This document shows positions 48,188-58,850 of a stretch of DNA of 64,000 nt, one piece after another. The first letter of the stretch is position 1. Every line of letters starts with the position of its first letter. The notes beneath the pieces were generated by a model. The model was not told the DNA's origin. It was given only the letters and a program-made list of their open reading frames with translations, and did no database searches. This stretch comes from Candidatus Sumerlaeia bacterium (lineage in GTDB: Bacteria > Sumerlaeota > Sumerlaeia > JADFCW01), in contig JAOAGV010000011.1 of NCBI GenBank assembly GCA_026415575.1, positions 625 to 64,624 on the forward strand. The letters run 5' to 3'. Position numbers and translations under genes: made by a program.

Positions 48188-48352
48188 TTTAAGGAAACAA
48201 GTTCATGGAGGGCGGGCTGGCCGCAGCGGGCATACCGCCCGGCGCATTCTGACCGCTCCGTCCATCACGTCAAATTTGTCCCTGCCGTCCATCTTACATC
48301 GCTGCCACACATCACTTCAAATTTCACTTAGAAACAGAAAGGAGCACAACCC

Positions 48353-49600
48353 GTGGACATCGGGGTACTGAGAAAGAGCACACTATCAGAGTTGGCGGAA
48401 ATCGCCAAGAGCCTGAATATTGAAGGCTTCTACAACATGCGCAAGGCCGATCTGATTTTTCAGATTCTCAAGGCCAACGCCGAAAAAGAGGGCAACATGT
48501 TTGGCGAGGGGGTGCTCGAAATCCTGCCCGACGGATTCGGCTTCCTGCGCTCGCCCAACTACAACTATCTGCCCGGACCTGACGACATCTACGTCTCGCC
48601 GTCGCAGATTCGTCGGTTCAATCTGCGCAAAGGCGATTCGGTCAGCGGCCAGATTCGCCCGCCCAAGGAGAACGAGCGCTACTTTGCCCTGCTCAAAGTC
48701 GAGGCCGTCAACAACGAGCCGCCCGACGTCGCCCAGACCAAAGTCCTGTTCGACAACCTTACCCCCCTGTATCCCGACGAGCGGATCAAGCTCGAACACG
48801 ACCCCAAGGACATGGTCACGCGGGTCATTGATCTGATGTGCCCGATCGGCAAAGGCCAACGCGCCCTGATTGTTGCCCCGCCGCGCACAGGCAAGACCAT
48901 CATCCTTCAACGCATCGCCAACGCCATCACGGCCAATCATCCGGAGATCTCTCTGATCGTGCTTCTGATTGACGAACGGCCTGAAGAAGTCACCGACATG
49001 GAGCGGTCGGTCAAGGGCGAGGTGGTCTCTTCGACGTTTGACGAGCCGGCCGACCGTCACGTCCAAGTCGCCGACATGGTTATCGAGAAGGCCCGCCGCA
49101 TGGTCGAGTGCAAGCACGACGTCGTGATCCTGCTCGACAGCATTACGCGTTTGGCGCGGGCGCACAACCAAGTTGTTCCGCCCAGCGGCAAGATTCTGTC
49201 GGGCGGTGTGGACAGCAATGCGCTTCAGCGGCCCAAGCGGTTCTTTGGCACCGCCCGCAACATTGAAGAAGGCGGCAGCCTCGCCATCGTCGCCACAGCC
49301 CTTATTGACACCGGCAGACGCATGGACGATGTGATCTTCGAGGAATTCAAGGGCACGGGCAACATGGAGGTCAACCTCGATCGCAAGCTCAGCGACCGCC
49401 GTGTGTTCCCCGCCATAGACCTCCATCGCTCGGGCACGCGCAAAGAGGAATTGCTCCTCGACGAATACACCCTCAACCGCGTCTGGTTGCTTCGCAAAAT
49501 CATGAACGAAATGAATGTGGTCGAGGCCATGGAATTCCTGCTGGAACGCATGCGCAAGAGCGAGACCAACCGCGAGTTCCTCGACAGCATGAACCAATAA
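48353..49600 (+). CDS. rho: Transcription termination factor Rho
   Basis: A GTG at 48353 is preceded by AAAGGAGC. It has an N-terminal RNA-binding domain, a P-loop APPRTGKT and Q/R loops. The minus-strand ORF 48386..49636 is an antisense shadow. Confidence 0.95.
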   Translation: MDIGVLRKSTLSELAEIAKSLNIEGFYNMRKADLIFQILKANAEKEGNMFGEGVLEILPDGFGFLRSPNYNYLPGPDDIYVSPSQIRRFNLRKGDSVSGQIRPPKENERYFALLKVEAVNNEPPDVAQTKVLFDNLTPLYPDERIKLEHDPKDMVTRVIDLMCPIGKGQRALIVAPPRTGKTIILQRIANAITANHPEISLIVLLIDERPEEVTDMERSVKGEVVSSTFDEPADRHVQVADMVIEKARRMVECKHDVVILLDSITRLARAHNQVVPPSGKILSGGVDSNALQRPKRFFGTARNIEEGGSLAIVATALIDTGRRMDDVIFEEFKGTGNMEVNLDRKLSDRRVFPAIDLHRSGTRKEELLLDEYTLNRVWLLRKIMNEMNVVEAMEFLLERMRKSETNREFLDSMNQ

Positions 49601-49666
49601 GCCGCCGCGCGCGGCACTTTGCGTGCCGTCAGCCAAAGCGAAAAGCCTGCTTTCGGGTATTTTCGA

Positions 49667-51499
49667 TTACTCTTCTTTTTTCGCGGCGGGTTCCAGCCGT
49701 TGGCCCAATCGCTGAAGCGTTGCGTCGTGGGGTGCGATCTGAAGCGCCTGCCGCAGCCACTGCCGCGCCTGCGGGAAATTGCCCATTTCCGCTTCGATCT
49801 CGATGAGATTGCAAAGGACGGGAAGTGCGAGGGGCCGGAGAAGCCGGGCCTGCTCGAAGGCGTCGCGCGCCTGCGGCAGCCGGTTCTGTCGCCGCAGCCA
49901 CGCCCCCAGCGTGTATTGCAGCTCGAACACACCGGGGCAGTAGGCAATGCCCCGACGGGTAACCTCGACCGCCTTGTCGAGATCGCCCCGCGCGACGTGC
50001 CACAAAGCCAGAGTGCTGTGGCTGAGAGGATCATAAGGGTTGGCGCGGATCCTGTGCTCATAGGCACGCGTAATGGCCTCGATTTCGGCGTTGGGCAAAA
50101 CGTATCCGGCGTCGGCTTTCGCGCGATAGTGCATGGCTTGCAATTGATACGTTTGCGGATCGGCAGGCCACCAGACTGCCGCCAGTTCCAGACGCTCCAG
50201 CCATGCGACATCCGAAGGGCGCAGCGTTTTTGGCAGGGCGCGATAGTGAGCGGCAATCACCGGGCGCAAATGAACAACAGTCAGGCCTATACCCAGAAGC
50301 AGCACACCAAAAGTCAGGAGAAATTGCCGAAGGCCGGGAACCGGCGCGGCTTTGCCCGCTCCTGCCGCAAACACCGTGGGGGGCTCTTTCCCCGCCACCA
50401 ACGCCGCGGGGGCAACAGGCCGGTCGCTGCTCCAGCCCCGTAGCATGCCCAGCAGGCTCCACAAGATGACTTGGCCGAAGGGCGTTCGCATAGCGGGGGT
50501 AAGGGTCCATAGGCAAAAGACGCAAGCCGCGGTCCAGCGCAAGGGCCGGGCGAGCGCAATCACCGCGAAAAAATCTTTGGCCCATGGGCCCGCTCGAATC
50601 GGCCCCAACGCGGCCAGAATAAAAAACAAAAAAGCAGCGGAACCGAGCGCGCCATACTCAACCAGCCAGAGCAGCGCCGGCGGCAATTCGGCGATCTCCT
50701 CGTGAAACTCTGCCGGCATTCGTGCGCGAAATATCCATGCATATCCCGCCGGCCCACATCCCCATGCCCACGATTCCTTGAGAAGCTCGCCGATAACTTG
50801 CCGGCTCTGATGCGGGGGAACCTGCGCCGCAGCCCGACTCAATACGCGATCGCGTGTCCATATGCCGCCTGTCGCCGCAAAGCCAGCCAACCCCAAGGCC
50901 GCCGCAAGCACCAGCCAGTGGTACCAGCGACACGCCCGCCGCAGCCACGGCCCGGCCAGCCATGGCGCCACTGCCAGCGTGGTCAGGGCGCATACCGCTG
51001 CCAGCGTAGTCCATGGGAACGGCGGCAAAGCCGCATCAGGTAGAGAAAAACCTCGTTTGGATAGAAAACCCGGAGCAGCCGCTGCCGCCCCCAGCAAGAA
51101 GATCGTAAGCAGGAAAAGCGGCTGGGGTCGGCGCGCCGTCAGATAGGTGGCGGTAATAAACAATCCGGCGCATTCCAGAAGGTGATGCAATTCCAACTCG
51201 GCCGCAAATCGGATTCGGGCCCGATAGACCGAGACGGCAGCGGAAACCAAGAGCAGCACCAACCCGATATCGCTGAGGTGCCAGCCCGGGCGAATGTCGG
51301 GTCGGCGAATCCACACCGCCAAAGCCGCCGTAGCCGCGGCCGTTGCCGCCACACCGCCTGCCGCCGTCAGATTGGGTTGCACGCTGTCGGCAGAAAAAAA
51401 AGCCAACACCCAACAGCCCCCATAGAGTGCAAGCATCATGCCATCCACAAGCGCGGACCGCAGGGCAAAAGGAGAGGACTCCGGGGACGATAAGCGCAT
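49667..51499 (-). CDS. Polytopic membrane protein (O-antigen ligase/polymerase-like) with C-terminal TPR repeats
   Basis: It has about 12 TM helices followed by TPR-like repeats ([34 protein letters not shown]...). The family assignment is tentative. Confidence 0.6.
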   Translation of the reverse strand: MRLSSPESSPFALRSALVDGMMLALYGGCWVLAFFSADSVQPNLTAAGGVAATAAATAALAVWIRRPDIRPGWHLSDIGLVLLLVSAAVSVYRARIRFAAELELHHLLECAGLFITATYLTARRPQPLFLLTIFLLGAAAAAPGFLSKRGFSLPDAALPPFPWTTLAAVCALTTLAVAPWLAGPWLRRACRWYHWLVLAAALGLAGFAATGGIWTRDRVLSRAAAQVPPHQSRQVIGELLKESWAWGCGPAGYAWIFRARMPAEFHEEIAELPPALLWLVEYGALGSAAFLFFILAALGPIRAGPWAKDFFAVIALARPLRWTAACVFCLWTLTPAMRTPFGQVILWSLLGMLRGWSSDRPVAPAALVAGKEPPTVFAAGAGKAAPVPGLRQFLLTFGVLLLGIGLTVVHLRPVIAAHYRALPKTLRPSDVAWLERLELAAVWWPADPQTYQLQAMHYRAKADAGYVLPNAEIEAITRAYEHRIRANPYDPLSHSTLALWHVARGDLDKAVEVTRRGIAYCPGVFELQYTLGAWLRRQNRLPQARDAFEQARLLRPLALPVLCNLIEIEAEMGNFPQARQWLRQALQIAPHDATLQRLGQRLEPAAKKEE

Positions 51500-51535
51500 C
51501 GCGTAGGTTGGCTCTTGGCCGGCTCTATCCGGTTC

Positions 51536-51994
51536 TTACGCCGACTTTTCCTGCTCTTCCAAAATCTTGGCCGCAGCTTGAACGGCCATCAGATAGCTCT
51601 GAAAACCAAAACCGGAGATAACCCCGACGGCCACTGCCGCCGTCAGCGACCGGTGGCGGAAAGGCTCGCGGCGATAGAGATTGGACAGATGCACCTCGAT
51701 GACCGGCAGGCCGACCGCCGCCAAGGCATCGCGCAACGACACACTCGTATGAGTCAGCCCTCCCGGATTGATGATGATCACGCCGGTGCCGTCATTGCGC
51801 GCCTCGTGAATTCGCTCGATCAGTTCGCCTTCGTAGTTGCTTTGAAAAAACTGCGAGGCAAGGCCGAGCCGTTTGCATTCAGCGGCCACCAAGCGGGATA
51901 GGTCGGCCAGGGTTTCGCGTCCGTAGATTTCCGGTTCGCGCGTTCCCAGCAAATTGAGGTTCGGTCCGTTGAGAATCAGAATCTGCTTGCTCAT
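51536..51994 (-). CDS. aroQ: Type II 3-dehydroquinate dehydratase
   Basis: The internal start MSKQILILNGPNLNLLGTREPEIYG lies at 51994, and HLSN is present. Confidence 0.85.
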   Translation of the reverse strand: MSKQILILNGPNLNLLGTREPEIYGRETLADLSRLVAAECKRLGLASQFFQSNYEGELIERIHEARNDGTGVIIINPGGLTHTSVSLRDALAAVGLPVIEVHLSNLYRREPFRHRSLTAAVAVGVISGFGFQSYLMAVQAAAKILEEQEKSA

Positions 51995-52277
51995 CGTGCT
52001 TTTCACCTCGCGGCCCTGGTTGAGTCTTTCTTTCAGCGGGTAGCCTTCACATTCCGCGTCATCGCTCCTCAGGCAAGGCCCCCCAACCCATTCGGGACTG
52101 ATTTCCCACGCAACGCTTTTTCCTACTCCATTGGTTGCGGCCAATTCAACCAGATTCAGCACAAGCATCCTAACGGCGTCCGCGTAGGCCTTTTCAACAA
52201 CGGAGGGGGCCATTTCAGCGCGGGCCCGCGTCACTGATGCACCAACGCAGAAACTACGTATGTTCTCCGCCAAATCC

Positions 52278-54143
52278 CTAACGCAACGGCTCGATCGTGA
52301 ACCGGGCCAACAGAATCAGCCGAAGTGTGAACGCCTGCTTGTTGTTCATGAGCCGGAATGCCAAGTGATCGAGACCTTCCACCATTCCAGTATTGGCCAT
52401 TTTGCATTCCATTCCCATCCGCCGGATGGGCAGTAACAGCGCGCTCTGCTCGGTGCCCGGAGGGTGGCCGGTCTCGCGCCAGATCAACGCGTCGGGGGCG
52501 CTTTGTTCGGTTTGATAGTTGAGCAAAACGCAGTAGACACCGGGGCCGCAGTCTATTGCGGGTGCCACCCACTCCGCAATGCCGCCGCGGATTTTGTACT
52601 CGCGTGCACCGTCCTCGCTCACACCGACAAATTGAATCTCTCCATTCGGTTTCCACGCCTCCAGCGCTGCCCCCGACCATAAGCGCCGCTCCACTGACGT
52701 GATACGTCCCGCCTTGAGTGAGCCTTCGGGCAGGCCGGCAAATGTGATGGTGCCCGTAGTGGCGTCGGGCGACAATCCCGCATCAATATACCGGCCCGGA
52801 ATGCCCGTCAGCGTAAAAAGCGCCTTGGCCGCGCTATCGAGCCGGTTGGACATGGCCGTGCCCATGACCCACGGCCAACTCATGACGGCGTACTGCGTTC
52901 CCGGCGGCTGCTGCGAGGCTACTCGCACCATCTTTTCGACCATCGCCTTGTTGCGCCGGAACATATTGCGCCAATCGCGCATTACATTCATTTGCGCTGC
53001 AATCAAGCCCAACGCAACAAGTCCTGCCGCCGCAAAAGCCAGACTGCGCCGCACGCGACTTGCCTGCCCCGTCCCCATGGCTTTTTCCAAAAGAGCGCTG
53101 AGAAGCAAAATCCAGCCGATGGTAACAATATATACATAGCGGGAACCAATCTCGAAGCTGACATACAAGCCGAACAGCGGCAGCGGCGTCAGGGCCAACC
53201 ATCCCGAACCCAAAAGGCCAAGCCGCGAAAAACCCGACAGCGCCCAGACCAGGAGAATCGCCAAAGCAAGGACTACGGCATTCAGCCAGTGTGCGCCGTA
53301 GTGTTCTACTCCGGGAAACGGCGCCAGCACCAGCTGCCATACTGCCCGGTAGGTTTCGACTGCGGACGCCGCATTGAGGCGTTGCCCGTAGCCACCCAGT
53401 CCGCCGAGAACAATCTGGCGAAACACCACATAAAGTAGGGCAAGGGCAAAAAAGACCACCAGCCGTCGTAGCGCCGAAAAGTCGGGCCGCCGAAACGGCC
53501 GCCCACCACCGGGCGGATATACCACCTCGGCCCAGAGCAGAACCAGCGGCAGAGTGATCCAGATTTCTTTTGACAATGCGCCAAGTATTGCGCCGCCCAA
53601 TGCCAAAGCCCAGTTCCGCGCCGAAGCAACCTCGCGCAGCCGCAGATAGCCGAGCAGGGCTGTCAGGCATCCGCACACCGCCATCGGATCGAACAGCGTG
53701 CTGGTCATAAGCAGCGCTTCGGGGTGCGTGGGGTAAATCGTCAACAGCAATGCCGCGCACCATGCCGTGAGGCGGCGTCCCGACAGCCGCAGGACGATTT
53801 GCCATAGGAGCACACAGTTCGCTACATGGAAGACTGCCGAGACGAGCAAGTATCCCGGCGTCCAAAAGCCGAATGCCCGCCGGCACAACTCGATCGCCAT
53901 GCGGGGCAACGGACGATAGAAGCTGGCATAGGACTGTCGGCCGGCATACACATCGCCGGCAAGCAGATGGGGAAACCGCCGAAGGGAAAGCGGCTGGATT
54001 ACATACCAGTCGTCGGCGACAAACGTGGCCTGTGCAAGCGTTCGTGCGTAAAAAGCACCATAGACGGCGGCGAGAATCAAAACAACAAGCCACACGCGCG
54101 GGCGGCTTGGGTTGGCGGGCGAAGTCGCCTGCTCCGGGGCCAT
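52278..54143 (-). CDS. GT39/GT83-like membrane glycosyltransferase (dolichyl-phosphate-mannose protein mannosyltransferase / ArnT-like)
   Basis: It has many TM helices with an N-terminal DD-containing loop (FVADDWYV) typical of the GT-C PMT/ArnT fold. Confidence 0.7.
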   Translation of the reverse strand: MAPEQATSPANPSRPRVWLVVLILAAVYGAFYARTLAQATFVADDWYVIQPLSLRRFPHLLAGDVYAGRQSYASFYRPLPRMAIELCRRAFGFWTPGYLLVSAVFHVANCVLLWQIVLRLSGRRLTAWCAALLLTIYPTHPEALLMTSTLFDPMAVCGCLTALLGYLRLREVASARNWALALGGAILGALSKEIWITLPLVLLWAEVVYPPGGGRPFRRPDFSALRRLVVFFALALLYVVFRQIVLGGLGGYGQRLNAASAVETYRAVWQLVLAPFPGVEHYGAHWLNAVVLALAILLVWALSGFSRLGLLGSGWLALTPLPLFGLYVSFEIGSRYVYIVTIGWILLLSALLEKAMGTGQASRVRRSLAFAAAGLVALGLIAAQMNVMRDWRNMFRRNKAMVEKMVRVASQQPPGTQYAVMSWPWVMGTAMSNRLDSAAKALFTLTGIPGRYIDAGLSPDATTGTITFAGLPEGSLKAGRITSVERRLWSGAALEAWKPNGEIQFVGVSEDGAREYKIRGGIAEWVAPAIDCGPGVYCVLLNYQTEQSAPDALIWRETGHPPGTEQSALLLPIRRMGMECKMANTGMVEGLDHLAFRLMNNKQAFTLRLILLARFTIEPLR

Positions 54144-54169
54144 TTCAACTCACCCCGTCCGTTTATGGA

Positions 54170-56155
54170 CTACGAGACCGGCGAGCCGGGCGCGCAGGCG
54201 GCGTCGGTGGTCACCAGACGCAGCGCTTCGCCGTCGTGGGCGGCCAGAAGCATCCCCTGCGAGAGCAAGCCGCGCAGTTTTCGCGGCGCGAGGTTGGCCA
54301 CCACCACAATCGTCTTTCCGACCAGTTGTTCCGGCGTGTAGTGTTGGGCAATGCCGGCGACAATCTGGCGCTGCTCGGTGCCGAGGTCTATTTGAAGGCG
54401 CACGAGTTTTTGCGCGCCTTCGACAGGCGCGGCTTCGAGCACGCGGGCGACCCGCAGGTCGAGCTTCTGAAATTCCTCGAACGTGATTTCTGGCATGGCA
54501 GGCGTTCCATTTTGAATTGTGGATTGAGGATTGGGGATTGCTGCCGCCGGTGCGGGACGGGCTTCCGGCAACGGGACCATTCGCCGGTCGGCGCTTCGTT
54601 TGGTTTCCGACCGTTCTTCAGGTTTTTCCTCGTCGAAGCGGACCTTGGGAAACAGAACGTGCCCCGCGACGACCGGCGCGCCGACCTTCAACAACTGCGG
54701 GTCAACGCCCGAAGGGCTCATCGCGAGGCCGAACCATGACAGCGCCTCGGCCATTTTGGCCGGCATCACCGGCTCAAGCAGTTGCAGCGCAACGACCGCG
54801 CCGCGCGCCGCCGTGTGCAAGATGGTCTCCACGCGGTCGTGCCGGCCCTGTTTGGCCAAAGCCCACGGCGCGCGGTCGTTGATATAGCGGTTGAGCGCCC
54901 GCACGGCCTGCAGCGTTTCCTCGATGAGCTGGTGGAACTTCAATTCATCCAGCCATTGCGGCGCGCTGCGCACCACCGCCTCGGCCTGCGCGAGTACGGC
55001 CTCGTCGTCGGGTTCGAGCGCATGCGAGGGTGGCACCCGTCCGCCGCAGTATTTCTGAATCATCGCCGTCAGACGGCTCAACAGATTGCCCAAGTCGTCG
55101 GCGAGGTTGCTGTTGTAACGCTCGTTGAACGCCACTTCCTCAAAGGCCGCATCGAGTCCGAACACCATCTCACGCAACAGAAAATAGCGCAGCGCATCCA
55201 CACCATAGACGGTTGCAAGGTCGAGCGGATTGGTCACGTTGCCGAGCGACTTGGACATTTTGAACTCGCCTGACTTCCAGTAGCCGTGGACGTTCAGGTG
55301 CCGATAGACCGGGATGCCGGCGGCCCGCAGCATCGTCGGCCAATAGACGGCGTGCGGTTTGAGAATATCCTTGGCGATGTAATGCTCGGCTGCGGGCCAG
55401 TAGCGTGCGAAGCGCTCGCCGTCGGGCCAGCCCAGCGCACTGATGTAGTTGACCAGCGCATCGAACCACACATACGTGACGTAGTTCGGATCGAACGGCA
55501 GGGGGATGCCCCACGGCAGGCGCGAGGCCGGCCGCGAAATGCACAGGTCGCGCAGCGGCTCGGCCAGAAAACTCAGAATTTCGTTCCGATAGCGTTCGGG
55601 CCGGATGAAATCGGGATTGGCGCGGATGTGATCCATCAGCCATTGTTGATAGTTCGACATGCGGAAGAAGTAGTTTTGCTCTTCAATCCACGTCGGTTGG
55701 GTCTGATGGTCGGGGCAAAGGCCGCCGCTTTCGGCCAGTTCGGTTTCAGTGAAAAAGCGCTCGCAGCCGACGCAATACGGGCCGCCGTAGCGTTCAAAGT
55801 AGATTTCGCCGCGGTCGTAGAGTTCCTGCAGAATGCGGGCGACCACGCGTTTGTGGCGCTCCTCGGTCGTGCGAATGAAGTCGTCGGGAACGATGGACAG
55901 CTGCGGCCAGAGGTCGCGGAAGGCCTGGCTGTTGCGGTCGGCAAACTGAATCGGGGTGAGGCCTTCGCGCTCGGCGGCCTGAAGGACCTTCGTGCCGTGT
56001 TCGTCGGTGCCGGTCAGAAAATACGTGTCATAGCCCAGCAGGCGGTAGTAGCGCCGCACCACGTCGCAGACGATGGTCGTATAGGCATGGCCGATGTGCG
56101 GCCGCGCGTTGACGTAGTAGATGGGCGTGGTGAGATAGATGCGTTTGTCGGACAT
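54170..56155 (-). CDS. metG: Methionine--tRNA ligase with a C-terminal EMAP-type tRNA-binding domain
   Basis: It has HIGHAY (HIGH), KMSKS, zinc knuckles (CVGCERF...CPDH) and the C-terminal domain ITFEEFQKLDLRVARV. The start is MSDKRIYLTTPIYY at 56155. Confidence 0.95.
   Translation of the reverse strand: MSDKRIYLTTPIYYVNARPHIGHAYTTIVCDVVRRYYRLLGYDTYFLTGTDEHGTKVLQAAEREGLTPIQFADRNSQAFRDLWPQLSIVPDDFIRTTEERHKRVVARILQELYDRGEIYFERYGGPYCVGCERFFTETELAESGGLCPDHQTQPTWIEEQNYFFRMSNYQQWLMDHIRANPDFIRPERYRNEILSFLAEPLRDLCISRPASRLPWGIPLPFDPNYVTYVWFDALVNYISALGWPDGERFARYWPAAEHYIAKDILKPHAVYWPTMLRAAGIPVYRHLNVHGYWKSGEFKMSKSLGNVTNPLDLATVYGVDALRYFLLREMVFGLDAAFEEVAFNERYNSNLADDLGNLLSRLTAMIQKYCGGRVPPSHALEPDDEAVLAQAEAVVRSAPQWLDELKFHQLIEETLQAVRALNRYINDRAPWALAKQGRHDRVETILHTAARGAVVALQLLEPVMPAKMAEALSWFGLAMSPSGVDPQLLKVGAPVVAGHVLFPKVRFDEEKPEERSETKRSADRRMVPLPEARPAPAAAIPNPQSTIQNGTPAMPEITFEEFQKLDLRVARVLEAAPVEGAQKLVRLQIDLGTEQRQIVAGIAQHYTPEQLVGKTIVVVANLAPRKLRGLLSQGMLLAAHDGEALRLVTTDAACAPGSPVS
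54508..54540. repeat. GGATTG-heptad element copy (CATTTTGAATTGTGGATTGAGGATTGGGGATTG)
   Basis: It lies inside the metG linker coding region (minus-strand reading ...AIPNPQSTIQNGTP). Confidence 0.5.
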
Positions 56156-56368
56156 GCGTGTCGGCGAACCTATGTGGCAAAAATACAAAGAAAAAGTTTC
56201 CGCGCCCTGTTTTCGGGCCGCGAATAACGCACGCTAAAGGCCGCCATGCCCGGAACGCAAGCGCAAAACCATGGGGCCGTGAGGGTGGACGGCAAATTCT
56301 TGATGGCAACACGGACCCGGTGAACATAATTCCGCCCAGTCCAGAGACTAACCCGAATGAAAACCCGA

Positions 56369-57409
56369 TTAGTATGAGGTGGTTTGCGTGTGCGACAGCC
56401 GGTGGGCGCTTTCCAACATAACGCTGCGAGCGACCGGGATACGTTTGGGATACCCGCCCGGATACCAGCGCGGACTGCAATGGCTGGCGAACAGGGGGAA
56501 CCGCTTGGCAAGGAGCCGCCCGCGCTTTCGCGCTTCCTGCATCATCAGCGCAACCAGATTCGGCCACGGCAGCGCAGAGTCCGGCCCCTGGCGCACTGAT
56601 ACGTTGCCAAAGTCCGTGACGCCTGCCTCTAAAAGCCGGCCCAGCAGATGGGGATGCTCTTGCGCCGAGACCTGAATGGGCATGGCCGGACCGAAAAACG
56701 TCCGCGCCGCCGCCACAATGTCCAAAAATTCTTCCTCCGGCAGTTCAGACCAGCCGGCCATCGGCGTGCCGGGCATGGGATGGAACATCTGAATGCGCAC
56801 CGCCTGAATATGGCCGTAGCGTTCGTGGGCTCGGGCGATAATCTCAAAGGCCTTTATCCGGCTTTCGGGCGCTTCGCCAATGCCCACAATGATGCCGGTC
56901 GTCAGCGGGACACCCGCGCGCCCGCAACGCAAGATGGCCTCCAGACGGCGGTCGGGCGTTTTGCCCGGCGAGTTGCAATGGGCCTCGCGGAACTCCAATC
57001 TTGGATCAGCCGTTTCCAGCATAATGCGCATGGCGCACAGATATGGCCGCAATATGCGCAACTCGGCCAGCGACAGCGGACCGATATTGAGCAGCGAAAA
57101 TAAATGCGACCGGCGGTTCGTGGCCTCGATCAACTGCAGTATCTTTGCCAGATAAGCCTGATAGGAGTCGAAGCCCAGATAGCGAACCATTGCCATGATG
57201 TCGGGATGGGTGGCCAGACCCTCGCCGGCGATGAGTTCGATCTGCGAGGCTCCCAGTTGCGCCGCCGTGCGCAAATGCCGCCGCACCACCTTCATCGAGG
57301 GCAGACGCTCGGGACCGATAAGCGGAAAACGACAATAGCCGCACCGGTTCGCGCACGTTCGCGTCAGCACAAGCGGATAACTCAAGCAATAGGTGATTTT
57401 GCCGGTCAT
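56369..57409 (-). CDS. Radical SAM protein of the ThiH/HydG/CofG-CofH/MqnC-MqnE type (CxxxCxYC)
   Basis: It has the CANRCGYCRF cluster motif, an internal start MTGKITYCLS at 57409, and is 346 aa. Confidence 0.7.
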   Translation of the reverse strand: MTGKITYCLSYPLVLTRTCANRCGYCRFPLIGPERLPSMKVVRRHLRTAAQLGASQIELIAGEGLATHPDIMAMVRYLGFDSYQAYLAKILQLIEATNRRSHLFSLLNIGPLSLAELRILRPYLCAMRIMLETADPRLEFREAHCNSPGKTPDRRLEAILRCGRAGVPLTTGIIVGIGEAPESRIKAFEIIARAHERYGHIQAVRIQMFHPMPGTPMAGWSELPEEEFLDIVAAARTFFGPAMPIQVSAQEHPHLLGRLLEAGVTDFGNVSVRQGPDSALPWPNLVALMMQEARKRGRLLAKRFPLFASHCSPRWYPGGYPKRIPVARSVMLESAHRLSHTQTTSY

Positions 57410-57898
57410 GGGAGCGGGTCCAACGTTGTCAAACGGCGGTGGGGCGGTGGATGGGCATCCTTGCCCGTCATAGGTTCTCACGTTACATCATAACATCCAT
57501 AATTTGTATATACCGGCGGGAAACCCCTGTCACCCAAAAAGCAAAGCATTTTGAAAGAAATCGTCGGCCCGTTGTCCAGAAAAAAAGAACCATCCGGACG
57601 GTCTCCGTAATCCCCCGGTTAGAGTCGCACGCAAAGACGCCAAGTCGGAAAAGAGCAGCATTGGCCGCACAGTTGGAAAGTCGCGAGTATTGCGCTGGCG
57701 CATTTGATGCTTTCACCACCAACCAGAATCAAATGAGCCATTTTGGGTTTGGCCTTTTTATGTGACACCCTATCAGTAGAATGAAGGCCAATCAGTACGG
57801 AAAACTGCTTGACATCAGCGGCACGTGGTTGTTTGGTACGCGCTGGTAGATTTAGAAAGGCATGCGTTTTTGACTCTGTTTTATGGAAGAGGTCTAAA

Positions 57899-58078
57899 AT
57901 GAAGAGACTGGTCGCTCTCTCGCTGCTTCTCACCGCAGCGGTTTCGTGCTCGCGAAGTGGAAAGCCCTTGGTGGCCGAAACCGTGGTTGGAGTGGGACGG
58001 GAGTTTTTTGATCCGCATTATTTCCGCGACACCCCGCTGGCATGGAAAGTCATTTGGTTCATCGGCCCGGGCCACTGA
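57899..58078 (+). CDS. Small lipoprotein ORF (59 aa) ending at an in-frame TGA
   Basis: The product starts MKRLVALSLLLTAAVSCS (lipobox). The stop TGA at 58076-58078 is followed in the same frame by ORF 58082..58564. Confidence 0.4.
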   Translation: MKRLVALSLLLTAAVSCSRSGKPLVAETVVGVGREFFDPHYFRDTPLAWKVIWFIGPGH

Positions 58079-58081
58079 CCC

Positions 58082-58564
58082 GTGGTTCGCTCGCTGGCCA
58101 CGGTGGTCGGCATTGACAGACTGGATGTGAGAGACCCCGAAACAGGCGAAATTCTCTACTACCGCAGCGTGCTGTATTACGTATGGCTGTATCCGATTAA
58201 GAAATCATTGGGAACGGCCGACGATCCGTCGCGGTTGCCTCCGGCAAAAAGAACGACGCCCCAACGGCCGGCCGCGACGCCGCCGAGGGCGTCGGGCCTG
58301 CCGACGGCACCGCTGACGCGGCCGCCAGTGCCGTCGCCGCGGCCTACGTTGCCAACGGGTGTGACTCCGGTGCAGCCGCCTGCGGCTGTGGCGCCTCCGG
58401 CCCCAACACCGGTTCCGGCTCAGCCTGTCGCGCCGGTTTTGCCTTCGGCCCCGCCGGCGCGTCCACCTGCGCCGACGCCAACACCAGCCAAGCGACCCGG
58501 GCTGCCCACGCCGACACCGACACCCCGTCCACTGCCGGTTTTACCACCCGTGCCGCCGGCATAG
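58082..58564 (+). CDS. Proline-rich ORF in frame with the preceding lipoprotein ORF (GTG start or TGA readthrough)
   Basis: It is in the same frame as 57899..58078. A globular-looking segment (VVGIDRLDVRDPETGEILYYRSVLYYVWLYPIKK) is followed by a PA/PT-rich tail. Confidence 0.3.
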   Translation: MVRSLATVVGIDRLDVRDPETGEILYYRSVLYYVWLYPIKKSLGTADDPSRLPPAKRTTPQRPAATPPRASGLPTAPLTRPPVPSPRPTLPTGVTPVQPPAAVAPPAPTPVPAQPVAPVLPSAPPARPPAPTPTPAKRPGLPTPTPTPRPLPVLPPVPPA

Positions 58565-58850
58565 CCTTTTGCCGAACGCTGCGCAGAGCAAGATTGCCAG
58601 ACCGGGCATCAGACTGGACGGTGGGTCGGCTTTAACGCCGACCCCACAAAAAATTTCGTTTTACGACCGAAGAATCACGAATCGGAAATGGACGCCGTCG
58701 CGGGGGTGCCTACACAGCGTTCATCCATATGATAATTCCGTGTCGGGATCTTACAATGACAGGGCAAGAAAAGCACGGGTGCTTTACTCTATTCTTGGCG
58801 AAACGAGCCGATCTAAAACTCTCATTAAACCTTTCGAAGAAAAAAAACGC

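Noticed and set aside
48386-49636. 416-aa minus-strand ORF
   Set aside because: It is the antisense shadow of rho.
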